From Actinomycetota bacterium (lineage in GTDB: Bacteria; Actinomycetota; UBA4738; HRBIN12): a stretch of 64,000 bases of DNA. Under the pieces are notes generated by a model. That model was not told the origin of the DNA, ran no database searches, and saw only the letters and a list, made by a program, of their open reading frames with translations. Of this stretch, positions 8,882-18,465 are shown piece after piece. Position 1 is the stretch's first letter. The number at the start of each line of letters is the position of its first letter. The translations under genes were made by a program, and so were the position numbers. The stretch is taken from positions 3,788-67,787 of the forward strand of contig DATEBA010000052.1 of assembly GCA_035288045.1 (NCBI GenBank), written 5' to 3'.

Positions 8882-10011
8882 GCGAAAGTCGCTTCCAGAC
8901 GCGTGCCGTTCACGTCGGCCAGGAGCCCGAGCCACAGCACGGCGCGGTGAACGTCCCGATCTTCCAGACGTCCACGTTCGCACAGCCCGCGGTCGGCAGG
9001 CCCCGCTCCCACGACTACGCGCGAGGCGGTAACCCCACGCGCGACGCGCTCCAGGCGGTGCTCGCCTCGCTCGAGGGCGGCGCCCACGCCTTCTGCTTCT
9101 CATCCGGCCTGGCGGCAGAGAGCACGCTCCTCCTCTGCCTGTCGCCCGGCGACCACGTCCTGCTCGGAGACGACGTGTACGGAGGGACGTACCGGCTGCT
9201 CGCCCGAGTACTCGACAGATGGGGCGTCGGCTTCTCGACGGTGGACATGCGGGAGGCGGACAACGTGCGGCAGGTGCTGACCGAAAGGACGAAGCTCGTG
9301 TGGGTCGAGACCCCGACGAATCCGCTGCTCAAGATCGTCGACGTAGCGGCGGTGGCATCGATCGCACGAGAGGCGGGAGCGCGAACCGTGGTCGACAACA
9401 CCTTCGCGACCCCCTACCTCCAGCGGCCGCTCGAGCTCGGCGCCGACGTCGTCGTGCACTCGGTGACGAAGTACCTAGGCGGTCACTCGGACCTCGTCGG
9501 CGGCGCGGTGATCACCAGCGACGAAGAGATGGCGGAGCGGCTCGGCTTCCTGGTGAACGCCGTCGGCGCAGTGCCCGGCCCGATGGACTGCTATCTCGCG
9601 CTCAGGGGCGTGAAGACGCTCGCGATCCGTATGGAGGCGCACTGCCGTGGCGCCCGCGCGGTGGCGGAGTTCCTCGCCGAGCACCCGAAGGTCTCGCGGG
9701 TTCACTACCCCGGCCTGCCCGGTCACCCCGGCCACGACATCGCGTCGCGCCAGATGTCCGACTTCGGCGGCATGGTCTCGTTCGAGGTGGGGAGCGCCGA
9801 GGAGGCGATCCGCGTGGCGGAGTCGACCGAGCTGTTCTTCCTCGCGGAGTCGCTCGGGGGCGTCGAGTCGCTGATCGAGGTTCCCGGGGCGATGACGCAC
9901 ATGAGCGTCGCCGGGTCACCGCTCGAGGTGTCCCCGACGCTCATCCGTCTGTCGGTCGGGATCGAGCATCCCGACGACCTCGTGCGCGACCTGGCTCGCG
10001 CGCTGGGGTAG
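8878..10011 (+). CDS. Cystathionine gamma-synthase/gamma-lyase family PLP enzyme (MetB/MetC/CGL-like)
   Basis: The start is set at the internal ATG 'MSESRFQTRAVH', which overlaps the DUF429 stop. 'VVHSVTKYLGGH' contains the PLP lysine of the Cys/Met metabolism PLP family. Confidence 0.85.
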   Translation: MSESRFQTRAVHVGQEPEPQHGAVNVPIFQTSTFAQPAVGRPRSHDYARGGNPTRDALQAVLASLEGGAHAFCFSSGLAAESTLLLCLSPGDHVLLGDDVYGGTYRLLARVLDRWGVGFSTVDMREADNVRQVLTERTKLVWVETPTNPLLKIVDVAAVASIAREAGARTVVDNTFATPYLQRPLELGADVVVHSVTKYLGGHSDLVGGAVITSDEEMAERLGFLVNAVGAVPGPMDCYLALRGVKTLAIRMEAHCRGARAVAEFLAEHPKVSRVHYPGLPGHPGHDIASRQMSDFGGMVSFEVGSAEEAIRVAESTELFFLAESLGGVESLIEVPGAMTHMSVAGSPLEVSPTLIRLSVGIEHPDDLVRDLARALG

Positions 10012-10015
10012 CGCG

Positions 10016-11164
10016 ATGGAGCTCGCGGTTTCGCTCGTCGCTCTCGTCATGACGATCGGTCCCATCGGTCCGGTTGCCGAGGGCCTCGAGTTCCCGACCA
10101 ACCTCGCGGTCGCTCGCGACGGGCGGGTGTTCTTCACGGAGAAGGACACGGGTCTTGTGAGGATCATCCGGCAGGGGCGGCTCCTCCCGGACCCGTTCGC
10201 GGACCTCGACGTGATCCCCGGCGCCGAGACGGGGCTCCTGGGGATCGCTCTCCATCCCGACTTCCCCGACGAGCCCTGGGTCTACGTCGCGTACTCCGAT
10301 CCGGCCGGAAGCATGAACCGGCTGGCGCGGATCCGCGCGGAGGGCGACACGGGAGTTGCGATCGAACCGCTGCTCGACCTCGTCCCGGCCACCAGCGGTT
10401 ATCACAACGGCGGGGATCTGGCGTTCGGCCTGGACGGGATGCTCTACGTGACGGTCGGCGAGGCCCACGAGCCGAATCGGGCGCAGAACCCCCGCGATCT
10501 AGGCGGAAAGGTGCTCCGCCTCTCTCCCGACGGGTCGATCCCGCCCGACAACCCGCTCGGTCCCGCGAGCCCCGTCTACTCCCTCGGGCACCGCAACTCG
10601 TTCGGCATCTGTGTCGATCCGGAGAGCGGAGTGATATGGGAGACCGAGAATGGCCCTAGCTCGTGGGACGAGATCAACCGGATCGAGCCGGGCCGTAACT
10701 ACGGCTGGCCCGTTCACCTGGGACCCGGAGGACCCGGGGAGTTCGAGGAGCCGGTCCTCGCCTACGAGGAGATCATCGTTCCGACGGGATGCGCCGTCGC
10801 AGCGACCCTCGGCGGGCTCTACTTCGGCGACTTCCACGGGGGTCTGCACCGGGTCGTCTTCCCCGGGATGGGCGCCGTCGACCCCCCGCCGAGGGAACGG
10901 GTGGTCGCCACGTTCGACGAGGGGATCACCGACGTCGCCCGCGGCCCCGAGGGCGAGCTCTACGTCGCGACCTCCGCCGCGATCTGGATGATCCGCGCGG
11001 AGCCGACCCCCACCCCGACCCCTATCGCCGAGACGTCGCCGTCGACGGCCGCGCCCAGGCCAGCTCCCGATGGATCCTCACCGGGCCTGGCACTCTGGCT
11101 GGGTTCGGGCGCCGCTCTCGCCCTGGTCCTGCTCCTCTTGGCGCGGTTCGCCCGTCGCCGCTAG
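10016..11164 (+). CDS. PQQ-dependent sugar dehydrogenase family beta-propeller protein (glucose/sorbosone dehydrogenase-like) with a C-terminal transmembrane anchor
   Basis: Has the motifs 'GLLGIALHPDF' and 'GHRNSFG' and repeated propeller blades. The C-terminal 'LALWLGSGAALALVLLLLARFARRR' is a transmembrane segment with a charged tail. Confidence 0.7.
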   Translation: MELAVSLVALVMTIGPIGPVAEGLEFPTNLAVARDGRVFFTEKDTGLVRIIRQGRLLPDPFADLDVIPGAETGLLGIALHPDFPDEPWVYVAYSDPAGSMNRLARIRAEGDTGVAIEPLLDLVPATSGYHNGGDLAFGLDGMLYVTVGEAHEPNRAQNPRDLGGKVLRLSPDGSIPPDNPLGPASPVYSLGHRNSFGICVDPESGVIWETENGPSSWDEINRIEPGRNYGWPVHLGPGGPGEFEEPVLAYEEIIVPTGCAVAATLGGLYFGDFHGGLHRVVFPGMGAVDPPPRERVVATFDEGITDVARGPEGELYVATSAAIWMIRAEPTPTPTPIAETSPSTAAPRPAPDGSSPGLALWLGSGAALALVLLLLARFARRR

Positions 11165-11325
11165 CTCTTCGGACGTTTCAGGTACGCGACGAGCGACTGG
11201 CCGCCCAAGGGGTTCACGATCTGCGCGACCGAGACGAGCTCCCACCCGTCGTCTCCGAACGTGTTCAGGATCTCGCCCGGGTTGTGCTCGAGCAGCGGCG
11301 CCACGAAGTACTCCCATCTCTGCAC
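11161..11325 (-). CDS. DUF4177-like small protein (54 aa) that is not in the ORF track
   Basis: Translated by hand as 'MQRWEYFVAPLLEHNPGEILNTFGDDGWELVSVAQIVNPLGGQSLVAYLKRPKS'. It has a GTG start 3 nt after the NUDIX gene stop. The composition is not Arg-rich and the 'GWELVSV' core is typical of DUF4177. Confidence 0.45.
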   Translation of the reverse strand: MQRWEYFVAPLLEHNPGEILNTFGDDGWELVSVAQIVNPLGGQSLVAYLKRPKS

Positions 11326-11328
11326 GAC

Positions 11329-12336
11329 CTATCCCTCCCCCGTCAGTCGCTTCCTCGTCCTGCGGATGCACACGCCCATCACGACCGTGAGGCCTCCGGA
11401 CTCCGCGATCCGTCGCGCCTCCTCGTTCACGATCCCGTCCTGCAGCCAGAGGACCCTCGCTCCCACGCGCACGGCCTGCTCCGCCAGAGGAGGCGTGTCG
11501 GCCGCCTTCCGGAAGACGTCCACGACGTCGATCCGGACGTCGCTCGGGACGTCGAGCAGGGTAGGGTACGCCTCCTGCCCGAGCACCTCAGTTTCCCGGG
11601 GGTTGATCGGCAGGATCCGGTAGCCCTTCCGCTGGAGGTACTCGGCGATCTCGTACGACTCGCGGTGCGGCTTCGACGACAGCCCGACGACGGCGATCGT
11701 CCGCGCGTCGCCGAGGATCGCGCGGAGCTCGGCGTCGCCGGGGAGATAGGGTTCCGGGTCGCCCTCCTCCACGCGGTCATCGTCGGGCAGCCAGACGATC
11801 CTCAGGAAGCCGTGAAGGATCCGGGCCGTCGCCCCCCAGATCGTGTGGCCGCCGACCTCGTACCGGTATCCGCGGTACACCTCCCGGTCGATCGCCCACT
11901 CCACCTCCGTCTCCGCCTCGGCGAGCCTGGGCACGGGCAACACGACCACCTCCGCGATCTCGCCCACATCCGGGGTGAACCCCGCCGCCCCCTCGAGCAT
12001 GCCCACGAACGGCACGACGAGGATCGCGCTCACCGTCGTGTGCACCGGTGGCAGCGCTCCGAGAACGTCGACCGAATCGGGCGCGATCCCGAGCTCCTCC
12101 TCGGTCTCGCGGAGCGCAGTCTCCCGGAGGTCAGCGTCCTCAGGGTGCCGCAAGCCGCCGGGGAACGAGATCTCTCCGGCGTGTCGCGAGAGATGGTCCG
12201 CGCGCCGGGTAAGCACTATGGAGGGCTCGGAGCCCGAAAGAGGCAGGAGCACGGCCGCCAGCCGGTCCCCGGGCGCCGGTACGGCCGAGGGCGAGGGATC
12301 GAGGGCCGCTCGGATGCGCTCGCGGAGGTCGTCCAC
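11329..12336 (-). CDS. NUDIX hydrolase (CoA pyrophosphatase-like) fused to a C-terminal CoA-binding domain
   Basis: The Nudix box is 'GGLRHPEDADLRETALRETEEELG'. The C-terminal 'IAVVGLSSKPHRESYEIAEYLQRKGYRILPINPR' matches the CoA_binding (PF02629-like) Rossmann-type domain. Confidence 0.75.
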   Translation of the reverse strand: MDDLRERIRAALDPSPSAVPAPGDRLAAVLLPLSGSEPSIVLTRRADHLSRHAGEISFPGGLRHPEDADLRETALRETEEELGIAPDSVDVLGALPPVHTTVSAILVVPFVGMLEGAAGFTPDVGEIAEVVVLPVPRLAEAETEVEWAIDREVYRGYRYEVGGHTIWGATARILHGFLRIVWLPDDDRVEEGDPEPYLPGDAELRAILGDARTIAVVGLSSKPHRESYEIAEYLQRKGYRILPINPRETEVLGQEAYPTLLDVPSDVRIDVVDVFRKAADTPPLAEQAVRVGARVLWLQDGIVNEEARRIAESGGLTVVMGVCIRRTRKRLTGEG

Positions 12337-12380
12337 GCGGCAATCGTAGAGGAGGCCGCCACCCGCGCTATCCTTGTCAC

Positions 12381-12728
12381 ATGGAAACCGGAACCTCCCC
12401 CGTCGTCTGGGTCTCCGACAAGGCCGCCCGCAAGATCTCCGCTCTGGCGGCCAAGGAGGGCCGAGCGGAGGCCTGGCTGCGCCTTCGGGTCGTGGCCGGA
12501 GGGTGCTCCGGCTTTTCGTACCGCCTCGCCTTCGAGGAAGGACCCGCTCCCGACGACCACGTCGTCGAGGGCGAGGGTGGGGTCCGGGTCCTGGTAGATC
12601 CGGCGAGCGCCCCGATCGTCCGGGGCTCCACCCTGGACTTCAACGACGCGCTCCTGGGCGGCGGCTTGAAGGTGATCAATCCGCAGGCCGTCCACGAATG
12701 CGCCTGCGGCGAGTCCTTCGCGATCTAG
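12381..12728 (+). CDS. Iron-sulfur cluster insertion protein (HesB/IscA/ErpA family)
   Basis: Has the three conserved cysteines in 'GGCSGFSY' and 'CACGESF', at the typical 115-aa size. Confidence 0.85.
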   Translation: METGTSPVVWVSDKAARKISALAAKEGRAEAWLRLRVVAGGCSGFSYRLAFEEGPAPDDHVVEGEGGVRVLVDPASAPIVRGSTLDFNDALLGGGLKVINPQAVHECACGESFAI

Positions 12729-12780
12729 GCCGATCGGCCTGCCTGACCCCCGCGCGGGTCGCGCCTATACTTCCGGACGC

Positions 12781-13926
12781 ATGCCTGCCGCCGGCGACAA
12801 GACCCAGTGGCGCCACCTCTACAACGAGGTCGTGATGACCGGCCTTTGCACCGGGTGCACGGCATGCATCGTTGCCTGCCCGTTCCACGTGCTCGGCTAC
12901 GAGGACTACAAGCCGGTCCAGCTGCAAGAGGACGGCCCCGACGCCTGCACCCACGGCGACAAGGGTTGCTCCCTCTGCACCCTGGCGTGCCCTCGGTTCC
13001 GTGAGTGGGAGTCGGAGATCGACGTCACGCTGTTCGGGCAGGCGCGGGCACCCGAGGAGCTGATAGGCAAGTATCAGGACATCGTGCTCGCCCGGGCGGC
13101 GAACCCCGAGGTCCTGATGCGCGGACAGGACGGCGGGGTCGTGTCGGCCCTGCTGGTCTGGGGTCTCGAGAACGGCGAGATCGATGGCGTCTGCACGTCG
13201 AAGCTCTCGGAGGAGCGGCAGTGGGACTGCGAGCCCACCGTCGTCACCGACCGCGAGGGCGTCCTCGCCGCCGCGGGCTCGCGATACACCTACTCGGCGA
13301 ACCCGCTCGCGATGCTCAAGGCGGCCGAGATGGGCCTGTCGAAGCTCGCGCTCGTCGGCATGGGGTGCCAGGCGAGCGCCCCGGGGTCAATGACCGCGAG
13401 GCGGGTCAACAAGTGGGCGAAGAAGGTGACGTGGACCTTCGGCCTGCTCTGCTCGAAGAGCTTCACCTACGACGGGCTCATGGTTGAGATCGCCCAGAAC
13501 GAGCTCGGACTCTCGCTGGACGACATCGTCCGCGTGAACATCAAGGGCAAGCTTCTCTTCTACACGAAGGAGGGCCGGGAGCTCACCTACTCGCTCAAGA
13601 AGTCGCACCGGTTCACCCGCGAGGGCTGCCTTCTCTGCCCGGACTTCACGGCCGAGCACGCCGACATCTCCTTCGGTGGCCTCGGACAGGGCGAGGGCTG
13701 GACGCTCACGATCATCCGGACAGAGCGGGGCAGGGACGTCTGGGAGCGAGCCGTCGCCGACGGGATCGTGGAGTGGCGACCGGGCGCGGACGACCCCGAC
13801 GCCATCGACAAGATGTTCAAGCTCGCCGTCAGGTCCCGCGAGCGGTGGCCGGTCGACGAGCTCGGCGACGGAGCCCGCGCTCCCGGGCTGGTGCCCGTCG
13901 TCGCCCCATCGGGCGACGCTAGCTGA
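12781..13926 (+). CDS. Coenzyme F420 hydrogenase/dehydrogenase beta-subunit family protein (FrhB/FpoF-like) with an N-terminal 2x[4Fe-4S] ferredoxin domain
   Basis: The two ferredoxin motifs are '[12 protein letters not shown]' and 'CSLCTLACP'. The FrhB_FdhB N- and C-terminal regions are present, including 'LVGMGCQA' and '[15 protein letters not shown]'. Confidence 0.7.
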   Translation: MPAAGDKTQWRHLYNEVVMTGLCTGCTACIVACPFHVLGYEDYKPVQLQEDGPDACTHGDKGCSLCTLACPRFREWESEIDVTLFGQARAPEELIGKYQDIVLARAANPEVLMRGQDGGVVSALLVWGLENGEIDGVCTSKLSEERQWDCEPTVVTDREGVLAAAGSRYTYSANPLAMLKAAEMGLSKLALVGMGCQASAPGSMTARRVNKWAKKVTWTFGLLCSKSFTYDGLMVEIAQNELGLSLDDIVRVNIKGKLLFYTKEGRELTYSLKKSHRFTREGCLLCPDFTAEHADISFGGLGQGEGWTLTIIRTERGRDVWERAVADGIVEWRPGADDPDAIDKMFKLAVRSRERWPVDELGDGARAPGLVPVVAPSGDAS

Positions 13927-14117
13927 CGGGACCGACGCCCTCCCCCGGGCTCTCTACAGGCGGCCTCCGAACGCGCCGATAGAGTGGTGCCCGACCCACG
14001 GGCTCGCCAGCATGCTTCGACTACAGACGAAGAACCGTCGGCCGCTACGGGAGGCGCCGCCCACGTTGCGCGGGCGCCTCCCGGCCGAGCCGTTCGCACT
14101 ACCGGCGGGCTGAGGCG

Positions 14118-17039
14118 ATGGTCCCGGAGCAACGGCGCGACGATCAGGGTTCGCGCATGCTCGGGCCGGCCATGGACCTCGTCGAGCGCCGCGACGGGAT
14201 ACTCGGGACCGTCGCGGTCGCCGCGGAGCGGCTCCTGCTGACTCCGGACTGGCGACGGGCGATGGACGAGGTGCTCGAGCGGCTGGGCCGCGCCGCAGCG
14301 GTCTCGCGAACCTGGCTCTTAGAGAAGCACCTCGACGATCTCGGCGGTCCGCACTCCAGCCCTGTCGCCGAGTGGGCTGCGGCCGGCACGCAGGTCGACG
14401 ACCAAGCGCTCCAGGAAGCCCCTTGGCTCGAGTCCGGCTTCAGCCGCTGGGCGGAGCTCCTGCGGAACGGCCAAGTCGTCTGTGGCTCCGTCGCGGACTT
14501 CCCGGACGCCGAACGTCCGGCGCTCGAGTCCCGGGGGGTCGTTTCGATCCTCGCGATCCCCGTGTTCGCGGGCTCGGAGTGGTGGGGGGTGATCGGATTC
14601 GACGAGTGCACGGAGGAGCGCGATTGGACGCGCTCCGAGATCGACGTCCTTCGCGCCGCCGCCGGGATCGTCGGTGCGGCGATCCACCGGGAACAGGCCG
14701 ACACGCGCAGCCGCGAGGCCGAAGAGCGCTACCGGGCGATCGTCGATCGAACCCCGGCGATCACCTACCAGGAGGTGAGCCTCGAGGGCGGGGACTGGAA
14801 CGACGCGGTCATCTACGTCAGCCCGCAAGTGGAGGACATCCTCGGGTACACCGTCGAGCAGTTCCTCCAGCCCGCGTTCTGGACCACGATCGTGCATCGC
14901 GACGACCTCGAAGAAGTCCTCAGGGAGGGCGAAAGGACGGCCCTCGCGGGCGAGCCCTTCAGCATGGAGTACCGCATGATCGCCGCCGACGACCGCGTCG
15001 TTTGGATCCACGACCGCGCCGTGCGACTGCCGATCGGGCCCGATCGCCGCGAGGTCTGGCAGGGCGTGATGATCGACATCACGGAACGCAAGCTGGCCGA
15101 GGAGCGGCTGAAGGAGACGGAGCTCCACTACCGCAAGCTGGTGGAGCATCTGCCCGTGGTGACATACAGGGACGAGGTGAGCGTCGATGACCCGACCGAC
15201 GCCGTTCCGGCTTACATCGGGCCCCAGATCGAGCAACTCCTCGGCTGCACGCCCGAGGAGTGGGTGACCGACCCCGACCGCTGGGGCAAGAGCGTGCACC
15301 CGGAGGACCGCGAACGGGTCGAGCGGGCCGGCGACGAGGCGCGCATTACGGGCGCTCCATTCCACGCGGAGTACCGGATGCTGCACGGAGACGGCCGCAT
15401 CATCTGGGTCCAGGAGGAGTCGGTCCTCGTCCGCGACGACGACGGGCGTCCGCGCTACTGGCAGGGCGTCTACTCGGACATCACCGAGCGCAAGGGGGTC
15501 GAGGAGCGACTGCGGGATGCCGAGGACCGCTACAGATCCCTGGTCGAGCGGCTACCCGCGGTCGTCTACATCGAGTCGATCGCGCGGGTCCCCGGCGACC
15601 TCTACATGAGCCCACGCGTCACGGACGTCTTCGGCTACACCCCCGACGAGTGGCGGTGGACTCGAGGTTTCTGGATCGCCCGGATCCACCCGGATGACCG
15701 CGGGCGGATCCGCCTCCGCAACGAGCACGTGAACGCGACCGGAGAGCCCTTCGCCGAGGAGTACAGGTTCCTCTGCAAGGACGGCCGCTACCGGTGGGTC
15801 CTCGACGAGGCCTTCCTCGTCCGCAACGACGACGGTTCCCCCAGATACTGGCAGGGGTTCCTCATGGACGTCACCGACCGCAAGGAGGCAGAGCTCCAGC
15901 TGCGGGAGGCCGAGGAACGCTTCCGCACGCTCGTCGAGCAGAACCCGGCCGTGATCTACACGCAGGTCATCGACCCGGAGGACCCCACAGTGTCCAACAC
16001 CGTGTACATAAGCCCGAGCACGGAGCAGCTCGACGGCTACACGGTGGAGGAAACGATGGCGAATCCCCAGCGCTGGCGAGACACGATCCACCCCGACGAC
16101 AGGGAGCTCGTCTACGCGGCCGATGCGGAGTCCAACGCCACCGGCGAGCCGTTCGATCTCGAGTACAGGATCGTTCACAGGGCCGGCCGCGTCGTGTGGG
16201 TCCACGACCGCGCGACGATGATCAAGGACGAGCGCGGAAACCCGAGGTTCTGGCAGGGCGTGATGATCGACATCACCGAGCGCAAGGAGGCCGAGGAGCG
16301 CCTCGCGCACGCTCTGGATGTGGAGCGCGAAGCCACCCGACGCCTCCGGATGCTGGACGAGATGAAGAACACGTTCCTACAAGCGGTGTCGCACGATCTC
16401 CGGACGCCGCTGGCGGCGATCCTGGGACTCGCGGTGACGCTCGAGCGCGGGGATCTGGGTCTCACCCAGGAGGAAGCCAGGGAGCTCGCAGGTCGGATCG
16501 CCGGAAATGCGAGGAAGCTCGACCGCCTCGTGACCGACCTCCTCGACCTCGACCGCCTCGCTCGCGGGATCGTGGAGCCGAAGCTCTACCCGACCGACCT
16601 CGGGGCGCTCGCGCGACGGGTGGCCTCGGAGTCCGACCTAGCCTCGAACGGGCTCCTGGAGGTCGAAGCCGAGGACCTCGTTCTGGACGTGGATGCTCCA
16701 AAGGTCGAGCGCATCATCGAGAACCTGCTCGCCAACACCGCCCGCCACACCCCGAATGGCACGCGGGTCTGGATCCGGGTCGGTCGATCCGACGGCGGCG
16801 CGCTGATCTCCGTGGAGGACGACGGACCCGGCATCGCCCCCGAGTTCCGCGAGATGGTGTTCGAGCCCTTCCGTCAGGGCCCGGACGCGCCGACCCACTC
16901 TCCGGGCGTCGGCGTCGGGCTGACGCTCGTGGCGCGCTTCGCCGAGCTGCACGGCGGTCGCGCATGGGTAGAGGAACGCGAGGGCGGCGGAGCGGCCTTC
17001 AACGTGTTCCTGCCGGCGGGCTCCCCGCCCTCGACTTGA
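14118..17039 (+). CDS. Sensor histidine kinase with an N-terminal GAF domain, five tandem PAS/PAC domains, HisKA and HATPase_c domains
   Basis: The GAF region covers aa ~20-190. There are five ~125-aa repeats, each ending in 'WQGV..DITERK'-like PAC boxes. The H-box is 'VSHDLRTPL'. The ATPase G-boxes are 'DDGPGI' and 'GVGVGL'. The exact start is uncertain. Confidence 0.8.
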   Translation: MVPEQRRDDQGSRMLGPAMDLVERRDGILGTVAVAAERLLLTPDWRRAMDEVLERLGRAAAVSRTWLLEKHLDDLGGPHSSPVAEWAAAGTQVDDQALQEAPWLESGFSRWAELLRNGQVVCGSVADFPDAERPALESRGVVSILAIPVFAGSEWWGVIGFDECTEERDWTRSEIDVLRAAAGIVGAAIHREQADTRSREAEERYRAIVDRTPAITYQEVSLEGGDWNDAVIYVSPQVEDILGYTVEQFLQPAFWTTIVHRDDLEEVLREGERTALAGEPFSMEYRMIAADDRVVWIHDRAVRLPIGPDRREVWQGVMIDITERKLAEERLKETELHYRKLVEHLPVVTYRDEVSVDDPTDAVPAYIGPQIEQLLGCTPEEWVTDPDRWGKSVHPEDRERVERAGDEARITGAPFHAEYRMLHGDGRIIWVQEESVLVRDDDGRPRYWQGVYSDITERKGVEERLRDAEDRYRSLVERLPAVVYIESIARVPGDLYMSPRVTDVFGYTPDEWRWTRGFWIARIHPDDRGRIRLRNEHVNATGEPFAEEYRFLCKDGRYRWVLDEAFLVRNDDGSPRYWQGFLMDVTDRKEAELQLREAEERFRTLVEQNPAVIYTQVIDPEDPTVSNTVYISPSTEQLDGYTVEETMANPQRWRDTIHPDDRELVYAADAESNATGEPFDLEYRIVHRAGRVVWVHDRATMIKDERGNPRFWQGVMIDITERKEAEERLAHALDVEREATRRLRMLDEMKNTFLQAVSHDLRTPLAAILGLAVTLERGDLGLTQEEARELAGRIAGNARKLDRLVTDLLDLDRLARGIVEPKLYPTDLGALARRVASESDLASNGLLEVEAEDLVLDVDAPKVERIIENLLANTARHTPNGTRVWIRVGRSDGGALISVEDDGPGIAPEFREMVFEPFRQGPDAPTHSPGVGVGLTLVARFAELHGGRAWVEEREGGGAAFNVFLPAGSPPST

Positions 17040-17042
17040 AAG

Positions 17043-17069
17043 AGGCGCCCGTTCGATCCCTCGGGCGAG
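17043..17069. terminator. Short GC hairpin between the convergent sensor-kinase and ferredoxin genes
   Basis: 'gcgcccg ttcgatccct cgggcg' forms a 6-bp GC stem in the 30-nt gap between two convergent stops. Confidence 0.25.
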
Positions 17070-17399
17070 CTAGCCCGCCGCTGCCCACCCCGCGACGGTC
17101 GGATGGTCGGCCGTCTGCGGCCCGACCTGGGCGGCGCCTCCGGGCGAGCCGAGGCCGCTCACGCCCTCCGCGAAGAACTCGGCGTTGATCGGCGTGAACT
17201 GCTTCCACTCGGCCGGCACGTCGTCCTCGTAGAAGATCGCTGTCACCGGACAGACGGGCTCGCAGGCGCCGCAATCGACGCACTCGTCCGGCTGGATGTA
17301 GAGCATCCGCCCACCCTCATAGATGCAGTCGACCGGGCACTCGTCGACGCAGGTCCGATCCTTCACGTCGATGCATGGCTCGCAGATCGTGTAGGTCAT
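17070..17399 (-). CDS. fdxA: Ferredoxin, 7Fe type ([3Fe-4S][4Fe-4S]), FdxA-like
   Basis: The product starts 'MTYTICEPCIDVKDRTCVDECPVDCIYEG...CVDCGACEPVCPV'. The start is trimmed to the internal ATG at 17399. Confidence 0.85.
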   Translation of the reverse strand: MTYTICEPCIDVKDRTCVDECPVDCIYEGGRMLYIQPDECVDCGACEPVCPVTAIFYEDDVPAEWKQFTPINAEFFAEGVSGLGSPGGAAQVGPQTADHPTVAGWAAAG

Positions 17400-17470
17400 C
17401 TCGATTCCCCCGTTTCCACGGTGTCGACCTTGCAAACCTCAGTCTAGCCGACGAGGACCGCCTGCGACGG

Positions 17471-18427
17471 CTAGGGGGCGACTGGTGAGGGGGCAAGGGC
17501 GAAGACCGTGCCCAGGATCGAGGAAAGGGGGTCCCTGCAGCGCACCGGGTATACGACCGGCAGGTCTGCCCCGGCATCGCGATACGCGCCCAGCCCGGTC
17601 AGGGCTCCCGACGCCTCCCCGAGCAGGCAGACGGCCCGGACCAGCGTCTCCGGCACGCCCTCAGGCCTCCCCTCACGGTAGGCCGCTGCCGCCGCCTCCG
17701 CCTCCGCTCCGAGGCCGACGTCGGCTAGCTGGCGCGAATAGGCCCGATAAGACGCGTACCGGCCCGCCGCCTCGCGGAGCGCCGCGAGCGCCGCCGGCTC
17801 GTCCTGACCTACGCAGGCCCGCACGTAGACCCCGATCGCGATCGCCGCGGGGTCGCGTCCTGCCGCCTCCGCGCCCTCGCGTACGCGATCTCGCGCGAAC
17901 GCAACCCGCTCCGGTGGGCACCAGTTGAGGAGTGCTCCGTCGGCGACCTCGCCGGCCAGCCGCATCGCCTTCGGGCCGAGAGCGGAGACCCACACTGGCG
18001 GAGGCGCCCCCAGCGCGAGCGACAGACGGGTCCTCTCGCCGTTCAGCTCGACGGCCTCGCCGGCGAGGAGGGCCTTGATCGCCAGCACCACGGCGCGCAA
18101 CCGATCGAGCGCCCCGCGACCGGCCTCACCGGTCCCGATCCCGAGGATCATGCGACCTCCCGAACGCTCGTGGACCGTCGCCGCGCCCATCGCGGTGACG
18201 ACGGGGTCGCGCGAATCCATCGCAACGACGCCCGTGCCGAGGCGGATCCGCTCCGTCACGCCGGCCAGCGCCGAGAGCTGCGAGAAGGCCTCGCGCCCGG
18301 TGATCTCGGGGACGAAGAGCGCCGCGTAGCCCGTCTCCTCGACGCTCTCGGCGACCTCGGCGAGAGCGCTCCACGGCAAGGGGTCCCGCACGGCTACGCC
18401 GGTCGTGTTGCGCAAGAAGGGCTTCAT
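17471..18427 (-). CDS. Luciferase-like monooxygenase (LLM) class F420-dependent oxidoreductase
   Basis: The product has a TIM-barrel LLM family signature throughout, including 'ALFVPE..GRE' and 'LGIGTGE', at ~318 aa. Confidence 0.7.
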   Translation of the reverse strand: MKPFLRNTTGVAVRDPLPWSALAEVAESVEETGYAALFVPEITGREAFSQLSALAGVTERIRLGTGVVAMDSRDPVVTAMGAATVHERSGGRMILGIGTGEAGRGALDRLRAVVLAIKALLAGEAVELNGERTRLSLALGAPPPVWVSALGPKAMRLAGEVADGALLNWCPPERVAFARDRVREGAEAAGRDPAAIAIGVYVRACVGQDEPAALAALREAAGRYASYRAYSRQLADVGLGAEAEAAAAAYREGRPEGVPETLVRAVCLLGEASGALTGLGAYRDAGADLPVVYPVRCRDPLSSILGTVFALAPSPVAP

Positions 18428-18465
18428 CCGTCCACGCTATTCGGCCGGCTCGGAGCGGACAAGCG

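Noticed and set aside
17041-17069. tRNA-like 'GTTCGATCC' T-loop motif
   Set aside because: The gap between the convergent stops is only 30 nt, there is no acceptor or anticodon arm, and the loop is 10 nt. It is kept only as a weak terminator hairpin.
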